Part shown: one piece after another, positions 50,964 to 63,323 of the stretch | How positions within the stretch are numbered: the first letter of the stretch is position 1 | Layout of the letters: each line of letters begins with the position of its first letter | Assembly: GCF_006345805.1 (NCBI RefSeq) | Contig: NW_021834528.1 | Coordinates: 1 to 63,323 of the forward strand | Direction of reading: 5' to 3' | DNA length: 63,323 bases | Source: Octopus sinensis | Taxonomy: Eukaryota | Position numbers and translations under genes: made by a program | Notes under the pieces: model-generated | What the model was told of the DNA's origin: nothing | What the model saw: the letters and a program-made list of their open reading frames with translations, nothing else | The model's database searches: none

Positions 50964-51449
50964 GTTTGGCATGACTCGAAAAAGACATTTAACTTAGACA
51001 GGGAATATAAACATGGATATATACAGATGTATGTTTATATTCTCTGTCGAAACTTAATGTCTTTTTCAAGTGATGCCAAACGTTTTGCGTTCTCATTTTT
51101 ACTCTAATCTGATACACATTTACGTGCGCGTGCACACATATATGAGTTAAATACTTGAAAAACAACTTCACCTCGTGTTGTGAGGATGTATTTATGTCCC
51201 TTTTATTAATAGCCATAATTAGAGGGCGCCACATGTTTTTAAAAAACATTTAAGCCTTTCATTGATATAACTAAGAGTGAGAAAGACAGGGAGTGTGTAT
51301 AAAGTTTGTATCCACATTACTGGTGATAATTTCAACTAATTTTTCTTACAAGCGTCGAGTAGAAGATGGGTGTTTGAGAGCGAAAGTCCAGAAGATTTCA
51401 TTGATGTCCAGTTTATTTCATTGCTCTCCTTAATAAATTAACTAATGTT

Positions 51450-51870
51450 GGTTTCAAATATTGGCACAAAACCAGCACACGGTCGATGTAATCAGTTTAC
51501 CCCCTCAGGGGAGGGGGTAAATCCATTATATTGACCCCAGTACTTAACTGGTACTTATTTTATCGATCCTGAAAGGATGAAAGGCAAAGTCGACCTCGGC
51601 AGAATTTGAACTCAGAACGTAACGGCAGACGAAATACCTATTTCTTTACTACCCACAAGGGGCTAAACACAGAGAGGACAAACAAGGACAGACAAACGGA
51701 TTAAGTCGATTATATCGACCCCAGTGCGTAACTGGTACTTAATTTATCGACTCCGAAATGATGAAAGGCAAAGTCGACCTCGTCGGAATTTGAACTCAGA
51801 ACGTAACGGCAGACGGAATACCGCTAAGCATGTCGCCCGGCGTGCTAACGTTTCTGCCAGCTCGCCACCC
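51450..51870 (-). mobile_element. SINE family B head-to-tail dimer
   Basis: A full copy (51639-51870) is joined to a 5'-truncated copy at gaaatacc|tatttctttactaccc. Confidence 0.85.
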
Positions 51871-53246
51871 TTATCCCGTCTTTCATATCCAAGAACCGAA
51901 AGTTCTTCTAGTGAGCTACTACTATCAAACACTTCTTAGATAAATGCACTCCCCTACACAAGTATGGAACTTCCCTCTAAGTTAAAACAGTAAAATTAAG
52001 TACAAAAACTTCTTAAAAATACGTTCCACAAAATACTAGCCGAAAAATATACAAATGAAATACGTAAACTAATAAAAACTAACAACAATATTAAACATAA
52101 CATTGAAAACATTACACACCACGAAGCAGCGTAACAAAACATTTGAAAAACTAAACAATGAGATCGCGAAGAAGAAAAAAAACTGAGCAACGAACGGGAA
52201 AATGAAATAACTGGCAATCCTTCATATACACCCGTTACCTCAAAAGCAATATGGTTAAAACATCTTGTAAAAGCAATTTGCGCTATTAAAAATTGAAACA
52301 ATGGTCTTTGCACATTAACTGCTGTATTAATTTCACCAAATAAGGAACAATAAATGAATAACCTTGACATAGATAGGACCACATCCCAACGACCAAATCC
52401 TTCTTTTCAGGGGCCAAAACATATTTCAGACCCCAATAATTGTTCATATTCTATAAAACTCAAATGAAATCAACTGCGGAGTATAGCTCCTACACTTGGG
52501 ATTGTGTTACTGCTGCTGCTTTGTTTGTTTGTTTGTTGAGCGAAGCAGTCTTCGTCCCAGAGTGGGAGAAGTCTGAAACGTGGTCCTTTGCTATTCGTAA
52601 GACTCGCAGAAGAGAAAGCAGGTCAACCCCCGACACCGAGAGCATCGACGGATGGATGAATGCGTATCCAGGCTCAGAGGTTGCGTAGGAAGTTGGGGAC
52701 AAGAAACAGGAAGAAAGAGTGAGAGAAAGTTGGAGCGAAAGAGTACAACAGGGGTCGCCGGAGCCTCGTAGAGCTTTAGGGGTTTTCGCTCAATAAACGC
52801 ACACAACGCCCGGTCTGGGAATCGAAACCGCGATTCTCCGACCGCGAATTCGCTGCCCTAACCATTGGGCCATTGCGCCTCCACTTGCTGCTGATGATGA
52901 TGACGACGACGGCGGTGGTGGCGGCGGTGGTGGTGGTGGTGGTGGTGGTGGTGGTGAGGATGATGATGATGATGATAGACGACGATGATGATAGACATCT
53001 TCAACTGCAACCATCCGACTCATTTGTTTTAAGTCACCATTACGCACTTGTCTCTAGCGCGCAGGCGCACACTCGCCTCCCTCTTCCCCTTCTACCCTTA
53101 TAATGGATTCTGCTCCTTGAAGCTGTTGGGATCCATGCCACCTCTACTCAGATATTCCTGTCCCACTCACCTCTCCTTTTCTCATCATCTTTGCTGTGTC
53201 TAATATCACCTCTCGAGCCTTGCTCTTATCACTATACGCAATAATG

Positions 53247-53802
53247 TATTCGGTTGTCCGGAAAGTTCGTGCCGATTTATAGTAGCTTACCTTTCGACTT
53301 ATTTTAGAATATGGTTGAGTCCATAAAATAGGATTTGACTACACCTCCATTTAGAGCACAGTTTCAACTATCTTTTCGTGGAAGAAGGTTTATGTACCTA
53401 TAACCTGTGTTAATTCTGTAACCCTTTAAAATGGAAGATAAGAAAGTTCATTTTCGGCACTTGATGCTTTGGGAACCAGACAAAAATTGCTGCAGCTCGG
53501 CTGGGATGTGTTATCCCACCCTCCATATTCACCAGATTTCCACTTATTCAGGTCTCTGCAGAAAAGTCTTAATGGTAAAAATTTCAATTCCTTGGATGAC
53601 GTAAAAAAATACTTTGATGAAATTCTTTGCCATGAAACCACCTCAATTCTGGGAAGAGGGTATTTTCAAGTTAAAGGAAAGATGGAGACGCATTGTGCAA
53701 CAAAATGGTTTATATTTGGTTGATTAAAAATGTAATGGCAAGTATTTATTGACCTTTATCTTTCCTTTAAAAATCGGCACGAACTTTCCAGACAACCCAA
53801 TA
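53247..53802 (+). mobile_element. Second copy of the internally deleted mariner
   Basis: Same TIRs. ORF 53469-53723 reads WDVLSHPPYSPDFHLFRSLQ. Confidence 0.92.
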
Positions 53803-53832
53803 TTAATGAACTGTTTCTGTAAAATAAGGATC

Positions 53833-53882
<50 letters not shown>

Positions 53883-54783
53883 AGGCCTAAACAATGACAA
53901 CCACATGCCTACTGGATTACTGGAAGATTAGGGCGAACCTAGGACTAAACAACAACAGCTACAAGAAATAAGTCAACTAATTTATGGCTGACCATTCAAT
54001 GGCAAAAACAATCCTGAGTTTTATTAGCAGGAAGCGGACTTGGAGATGAACAGCAACAGCAATTACCATAGGTCCACTGGATGAGGGTTGACCAGAGGTT
54101 AAACAAGAACAGCAACAGCTACAGCTACAGGTCGAATGGATATGATATGGGACTAAACAACAACCAGGGGACTACTGGTCTGAGATTAATCAACAACCAT
54201 AAATGGGTTTACTGGATCAGCGCTGGCCTAGGCTAAACAGTAATAACAACAACAATAATATCTTTTATCAGAACTGATCATTAAGGTAGACGATACTTCC
54301 TCTTCATCACCGCTATAATTATGATTAATTTTCTTAGCTCCACGTTCATATTTTATCTGACCTCTTTAACTCACGCTAATTTATTTTCTGATTTGATTAA
54401 TGACTTAATTTATTTTTACAAATGCCTCTCATTAACCAAATTAACAGCCATAGATGTTTTACCCTGCGGCAAATAATACCCAACTCACTAAATCATTTCC
54501 TTGTGTCCCTTTTCGAGTGCATTCCAAATCTTCATCAAAATAACTGTTACCTTTTACTTGTTTCAGTCATTGAACGGCGGCCATGCTGGAGGGCATCTCC
54601 CTGAAGGGTTTAATCAGACGAATTGCCTCGCCCCAGTACTTATTTCTAAGCTTGGAATTCTATCGGTGTCTTTGACCGAACCGCTAAGTTACGGGGTTGT
54701 AAACAAATCAACAATTGTGTATATTTGCGCGCGTGTGTATGTGTGTGTACGTACTTGTGTGTGTGTGTACGTATGTGTATGTA

Positions 54784-54817
<34 letters not shown>

Positions 54818-54820
<3 letters not shown>

Positions 54821-55033
54821 GAAAGAGTGCTGGAAAGTTCACGGCTTTGGGTAAAAGAAAATACAGGAGGATTAGTTAATTATGATTTTATTCAACATAT
54901 TCCTCTCTCAGATTCACACATTTACAGCGGCGGTCTTTTACTAATTCCTGTCAAAGAACTCGGAAGGTCGAGCCTCCAACAACGCCTTTCGTGACATCCT
55001 TAAAACAGGAACTTTTCAGCACCCCCTCGGATA
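54818..55033. mobile_element. ~215-bp mariner-type MITE; related TIR fragments at ~16815-16857 and ~17145-17190
   Basis: TATGAAAGAGTGCTGGAAAGTTCACGGCTTT / AAAACAGGAACTTTTCAGCACCCCCTCGGATA, with TA ends. Confidence 0.7.
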
Positions 55034-55697
55034 TATATGTTTAATTAATATTCCGTTGAATTAAATATAAAAGCTGGATATATGGTTCCAGTATATTGAG
55101 ACATTAATTGATTTATCACCATTAATTAGAATACAGTTGACAACTCCCAACAGATTTGATTCTAAATGGTTGAAGACTACATTCCACATATTGTCTTCCA
55201 AGTGTAAGTAACTAGGTCACCACCCTTTTTCTTCTTACACCCACTAACTCCTCCGCTACTCTCTAAATTATAGTAAACTTGACAAGGCATGCATTACTTT
55301 CTAAACTCATTCTGCCAGAGATATGACAACAGAAGCAATGTAAATATTTTGAGTTACATTATTGTTGCGTTCATGTTAAAGTAGAGGTTTTATCCTTTAA
55401 GTCTGAAGCCTATGCGGTCATCTGACGAGAACGGTCTCTTTCAAATGATGTAATGTTTTCATTAATCAATTAAAGGAGTCGCTTGCAACGGCCATAATGA
55501 TTTTGACACCACATGTGAATCGTTGGCGATTTTCTTCCTCCATCTTCCTTTCTATTGGACTTTCCTCTGTTTCTGAAGTAGAACGTTGCTCGAAACGTTA
55601 AACCCTCTTTGTTTCCTTCCCTGAGCGTCTGCTAATAAATTATTTGTACCACGTCCTCGCATTTTGTTTTTTGTGTTTGTTCTTTTTTGGGGGGATT

Positions 55698-55732
<35 letters not shown>

Positions 55733-56555
55733 GGGTATTCACACAGTTTCCGTCTAGCAAATTCACTCACAAAGCATTTGTCGGCCCGGGCTATGGTAGA
55801 AGACACTTGCCCAAGATGTTGCGTGGTGGGACTGAACCCGAAAATACATATTTGCAAAGCGAGCTTCTTCTACAAACTTGGCTCAAGTCCATTCACTACA
55901 ATAATGCACGATAGCTCCCATATCTAAAACAATACTTCTGCTTCTACACACTACACGCACAGAGAAACATCTGGACTGCATCCAATGAAAAATCCACCGA
56001 TTCACATACGCTCTATTTTCCGGTTCACAGATACAATGTCTCCTCTCTCTAACGTTTCTACCGGCATTAACAATGACCTCTTCTCCTTAGATCGTAACGA
56101 TTTGTCTTCTGTTCCGTTCACTCCTCAGTTCATCCCCTAGTTCAGTTCTCACGCGTCGAATGGTCATCTACCAAATCCACTCACAAGGCGTTGGTCGGCC
56201 TGAGGCTATAGTAGAAGAACGCAGTGGGAATGAACCCGGAACCATGTGGTTGGTAAGCAAGCTACTTACCACACAGCCGCTCCTATCCATCTATTTGTCT
56301 GTATATAACTATACATTATATATCAGGGGTATATAATATATAGTTATATTGTATATAAATACACATGCACATATACATATATTACGCATAGCAGTTGTAG
56401 TGAACTTACAGGTCCAATGTCTTCAAATTTCATGTCTATAGCAATTTCTTTTTTTTTTTTTTGCGTATAGCAATTATCAGATGGATTTGAAAACTACGAA
56501 CATCTATGAAATAGAGGAAACTGAAAGAAGCCCGTCGTATATATGTGTGTGTATG

Positions 56556-56601
<46 letters not shown>

Positions 56602-57525
56602 TGTATGTATGTATGTATGTGTGTATGTATGTATGTATGTATATATGTATGTGTATATGTTTGTGTGTCTGTGTTTTTCCTCCCAACATCGCTTGACAAC
56701 CGATGCTGATGTGTTCACGTCCCCGTAACTTAGCGGTTCGGCAAAAGAGACCGATAGAATAAGTACTAGGCTTACAAAGAATAAGTCCTGGGGTCGATAT
56801 GCTCGACTAAAAGCGGTGCTCCAGCATGGCCACAGTTAAATGACTGAAACAAGTAAAAGAGTATATACACATACTTATATACACATCAATGTCTATGTAA
56901 GTATGCATAGGCATATGTGTGTATGTAGATAAATATAGTTATGGCTGGTCCGTGGGGTTATCTGAGTAACCCCTTAGACTCTTACTACCATTATCTAAAT
57001 ACTCTGCTGCTCTGTAGCTTAGAGTATGCTTCTCTTTCGAATTTATAATTTACTGACGACATACATATACATATATATACATATGTGTGTGTGCATGTGT
57101 GTGTGTGTGTGTGTGTATACATATACGTGTGTGTATGTATAATATATATGTATATATGTATAATATGGAATGGAAGTGTATATGTAAGGAGGAAAGGGTT
57201 AGACTTGCGGTTAACTTTAACAAGAAAATAGTACAGTTACAGGGGACGTGTGTGAGACGAGGATTTCAAGGAGACTTTACACTAAAAACTAAGAATGTGG
57301 AATGTATAGGTTGATGAGAGCGATTCAGTTTAAAAAGAAAAAATAAAGAACTAAATTTATTTCAGTATAAGGACTCAGGCAAATATTTACATATCCACAT
57401 GCTTCTTTTCGAATATATATTTCAAAAGAGAATAAATTTTGAACGCAGTAAAGCTATAAGAACAGTAGAGAAAGATTGGGTATATTACCCCTAATAAGAT
57501 GGGAAAAATTGCCAGTAGGTATAAG

Positions 57526-57840
57526 GCGCAGGAGTGGCTATGTGGTAAGTAGCTTGCTTACCAACCACATGGTTCCGGGTTCATTCCCACTGCGTGGCAC
57601 CTTGAGCAAGTGTCTTCTACTATAGCCTCTGGCCGACCAAAACCTTCTGAGTGGATTTGGTAGTCGGAAACTAAGCTCCACGCGGCTCCGGCAGAAGGTA
57701 ATGGCAAACTTCTGCTGACTCTTTCGCCACAACTTTCTCTCACTCTTTCCTCCTGCATCTTGCAGCTCACCTATACGCCAAGGAAACCGGGAAACCGGCC
57801 TTTATGAGCCAGGCGTGGCTCGAGAAGGAACAAACAAACA
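57526..57840 (+). mobile_element. Chimeric SINE: family A head joined to family C body and tail
   Basis: Family A sequence runs to ...ggatttggtagtcggaaact, then aagctccacgcggctccggcagaagg... matches family C at 44985 onward. Confidence 0.8.
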
Positions 57841-58396
57841 AATAGATTGCTTAGAAGGAAGAAACCAAAGATCAAAACGAAGTGGCAAACGATTGGTTCA
57901 TGCTTTTATTGAGAGATGAGTGATACAAGGGATCATAAATTAAAAACCAATGCTAGAAGATCAGTCATGGAATTTGCAGTCTCTCGGCGGTTTTAAGTCA
58001 TTAATCTTAATATGTTTGTTGTCGTTCTAAAAAAGGTTTCAGATAATCAAATCATTTCTGGTAACTGTTTTAAGAATTTCCTCTGACCTGTGGTATCAAA
58101 ATAGCTGAAGTTTAAGAATACAGCTCATTCAAGGCAATTCTATGAGCTACCCATTCGTACTAAGTGACTTTTGGGAGAATTTTAAAGTATCTTTCCCACC
58201 CAATACCAACAACGCCAATAATTGAGGAGGTAATTTCTTCATTTATATCTAATTATATTCCGAATACCATTTTTCTTTTAAATTAAGAACATTGCCAGAG
58301 AAGATTAATAAAATTATGAGAATTTAGAAAAGTTGCATAACAACAAATGCTTTTGGAACATTGTTCATCAACACACACACATACAATATATTTATG

Positions 58397-58452
<56 letters not shown>

Positions 58453-58679
58453 CTGTTTCGTATACATTTGATCCTTTTTCCAAGAAATCTAATGCTCGTA
58501 GCTTAGTTTTTCCTTGGGGCTGGCCGGATCGGAGCGATCTCAAGATTAATCAGCCGAAATTGCTAGGTTGATCCGGTTCTTGACGGAAGATTGAAGGCTT
58601 CGAATGTCCCGTCCGTTTTTTTTTTTTGTATCGTCTTCTAAATGTTTTACGTTCTTGTCCCAGTGTGTATTTTTCTACA

Positions 58680-60150
<1,471 letters not shown>

Positions 60151-60157
60151 AAAAAAA

Positions 60158-60690
60158 ATCTTTGCAGATGACTCCAAGATACAGAAGGTCATAAATGAGG
60201 CGAGTGACCGGACATGCCTTCAGTCAGATCTACTGGCTGTTATCCAATGGGCAGAAAAAAAACATATGCTGCGAACGAGGATAAATTTGAGCTAATCCAC
60301 TTTGGAAAAGAGGATGCCCTGAAACTCCCATACTCCCTTCCTTCAGGTGAAACTCTCGCGGCGTCCAACACATCAGAGACTTGGGAGTAATTGTGGACAA
60401 CAACGTAAGCTGGGCCACTCATATAAACACCAAAGTTGACATGCCCGCAGAATGTGTTCCTGGATTCTCAGAACTTTCCAGTCGAGAGATATCCACACCA
60501 TTATCCTTCTCTTCTCCACTTTTGCCCGACCCCACCTTGAATACTGTTGTCCACTGTGGTCTCCCCACACAATACAAGGTATCATAAAAGTTGAAGCACC
60601 TCAAAGGGCAATCACAAAAAGATAGATGGCATGACAGGCCTCGACTATTGGGGTCGACTAGAAAAGCTAAAACTCTATTCTCTCCAACGT
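60158..60690 (+). mobile_element. CR1-type LINE RT fragment (different subfamily), decayed
   Basis: [33 protein letters not shown]...RDLGVIVD...[15 protein letters not shown]. Confidence 0.8.
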
Positions 60691-60732
60691 ATACATATAT
60701 ATATACATATATATACGTATACATATATATAC

Positions 60733-60770
<38 letters not shown>

Positions 60771-60776
60771 TATATC

Positions 60777-60813
<37 letters not shown>

Positions 60814-60844
60814 ATATTATTATATATATATATATATATATATA

Positions 60845-63323
60845 TGATTGATTGATGATTGATTGATTCTAGTTTCAGCTTATGAGCTGTGGCCATGCTG
60901 GGGCACCGCCATTTGGTGTTGCTACTTGGTTTCACTTCATGAAGGCTTTCTAGCAACTGCTATTTGGTGCATGAGAGGTTCGATGCAGCTGCCCTCATCT
61001 GCCCCTCCTGCCGTGAAGTTGGTTCATCTGGGACACCTGACAGGAAGAGATCCAGCTTATTTTAAAGACATCTGTATCCACCCCATGCAGGTCTTTCAGG
61101 TTCTTCGGGAGGATATTGAAGAGCTGTGGGCCTCGGAAGCCCAGGCTATCACAGAATCTTGTTCTACATCTTGATGGCAGGTTTGGAGTCCTAGGCACCA
61201 CGCAGTGGCGCCCAGTTCTGGCATTTGCGTAACTCTCGATGCCAAAGTTCAGGACACTTCCCTCCAGGATCTTCCAGATGTATATTATGGCATATCTTTC
61301 CCGCCTACGCTCCAGGGAATATAATTTTGATCTCTTGAGTCTTTCCCAGTAGCTTACATTCTGCATAGAGGCTATCTTCTTTGTGTAGCTTCGTTGGATC
61401 GCCTCAAGTTCTGTGATCAACTTGACACTGGATGGTGACCATAGCTGAGAGCAATAGTCAAAGTGGCTTAGGACAAGTGTCTTCCAGAGGACCATCATGG
61501 TTTCTTGTTCTCTTGTTCTAAAGGTTCTAAGAATCCATCCAGCCAGCCGTCTACATTTCATTGTCAGTTTAGCAACATGTACATGAAAGGTCGCGTCATC
61601 ACTCATGTGAATACCCAGGTCACGCACTGATTGTGCCTCTGGGATTGCAATCCCTCCGGGTCCAGTGTATTCATTGGGTATTGCATTCAGTTTTGCATGC
61701 TGATAGTATAAAGCTTGAAACTTTCCAGCATTGAACTGCATGCTATTCTTTTCAGCCCACTTGTATATTTCGTCCAGCTCACATTGCAGGTGTTTAGTGT
61801 CCTCGGGGTTCTGTATTGCCTGTGAAACTTTTGTATCATCTGCATAACTTGTGATCGTGGCTCTCTGCGTGGCTGAGGGCATGTCTGAGAGGGCCATTAT
61901 GAACAGTAGTGGTCCCAGAACAGTGCCCTGCGGAAACACCGCTCACTATTTGTGTGTTAATGGAGGTGGCCCCATTGGCTACTACCACCTGACTTCTATC
62001 CTTCAGAAAGTCATGAAGCCATTCTCCCAGTTTTCCAACTATGTTGAGATCACGCAGTTTGTGACACATCATTCCATGATCGACTTTATCAAAGGCCTTT
62101 GCAAAGTCGAGATATATCACTTCCACATTTGAGTAGTTGAGCAGCCGTTTCAGCACCCAGTCATAGTGTTGTAGGAGCTGAGTTAAGCAGCTTCTCCCTG
62201 GTCGGAAACCATGTTGGGTGTCGGGCAGCAAGTCATTCTCTTCAAGGAAGGTGATCAGCTTCCTTCTGATTATTCGTTCCATGACCTTGCTGATGTGTGA
62301 GGTCAGAGAGATAGGTCTATAGTTCTTGGCTTCTGCTCTGCTACCTCCTTTATGAATGGGGCATATTTTACCTTCCTTCAGTTTTCCTGGAAGTTTGCCA
62401 GCTGCAAGGAAGCTCTGAAAGAGGAACTGCAGTGGTCTTGCTAGGACTCTCTTACATGCTTTTAGGAGGATTGCCGGGAATCCATCGGGGCCAGTAGCTG
62501 AGTCTGTTTTCATTTCATCTATAGCCTTGGTTACATCGTCTTCCTTTATATCGATGTAATCTATCGTCGCCGCCTCTGATTTTATATCTGCAGTGGTAAA
62601 AAAGTCAGTTGGATTGGTGATTTGGAGATGCCCAAGGGGTGGAGTGAAAACACTCTTGAATTGCTCATTCAGTATTTCACTTACCCTCATTGGTTTTCCT
62701 GTAAGTGTGCCATCCTTTTCGAGGAGTGGCCCTATTCTACAGTGCACTGTAGGTGTTTCTTTGCATACCTGTAGAAAGCTCTGGGGTTAGATTTTATGTT
62801 TTCTATAGCCCAGGCTTCTTTGTCTGCTCTTTCTTTTTCATGGGAGCGTTGCAGACATTTTTCGATTTCCAACAGTTTTATTTTCAGGCTTTCACTGCTT
62901 TCAATCTGTTTTGTTAGGCGATTTGAAAATTTCGTACGCCGTCTCATTAAAATTTTCCTCTCTCTGGGGATTTTGTTCTTGTGTGTACAGTGGCCTTTCT
63001 CTCTCTGGACACATTTGTAGCATATGGCTGCATTACAGACATGAATTGTTGAAGTTTCACGTCGATGTCTGGCGAGGAGAGACATTTAGGCCAGTTTTTG
63101 TTTGAGGATCTCTTTCTCAATTTGTTTCCAGTTTGCCTTATGGTAGTTCAAGCTGGAAAATTTTGAGGGTTTCTTGTAGGCTGCATGTCCGTGCTCTCTT
63201 TTTTGGCCCGTAACATGGTCAGCTCTATCATGTGTGCCCGAGAGTAGTGTCGGTGTCACTTTCACATTATGGATGAGATCCATGTCATTTGTGAAGCAGA
63301 GATCCAGTGTGTTACCTGCCCTA
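60845..63323 (-). mobile_element. CR1-clade LINE (RT and 3' UTR), running off the window end
   Basis: KNYRPISLTSHISKVMERII, QHGFRPGRSCLTQL, YLDFAKAFDKVDH, PQGTVLGPLLF, YADDTK (ORFs 60995-61939, 61836-62747, 62732-63085). The 3' tail is (AATC)n. Confidence 0.93.

Noticed and set aside
52895-52995. Poly-Pro/poly-Ser/poly-Val ORFs
   Set aside because: They derive from (GGT)n/(GAT)n trinucleotide repeats next to a SINE head.

Overview
This is repeat-dense, AT-rich eukaryotic DNA with long (TA)n, (CA)n, (TACA)n and (GATA)n tracts. The SINE families and microsatellite load suggest an octopod cephalopod (inference from pattern recognition, not a database match). No intact host gene is evident, and most ORFs in the track are microsatellite artefacts. 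Supported content: (i) a Penelope-like element (PLE: N-terminal domain, RT, GIY-YIG) present as a full-length minus copy fused head-to-head to a 5'-truncated plus copy (7849-14403); (ii) a decayed RTE-type LINE and a CR1-type LINE; (iii) mariner, Tc1, hAT, Merlin-like and Helitron-like DNA elements; (iv) three tRNA-derived SINE families. The most interesting layer is a set of hammerhead-ribozyme (HHR) motifs. The PLE carries a minimal type-I HHR with a compensatory U3:A8 core, and its full-length copy starts 1 nt from the predicted cleavage site. On either side of it lie two non-coding, (TA)n-embedded tandem arrays (~547 bp x4.2 and ~475 bp x1.4) with HHR motifs and a terminal inverted segment. 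These are candidate PLE-mobilised retrozymes or circular-RNA units. Many apparent frameshifts are homopolymer indels and may be assembly errors.
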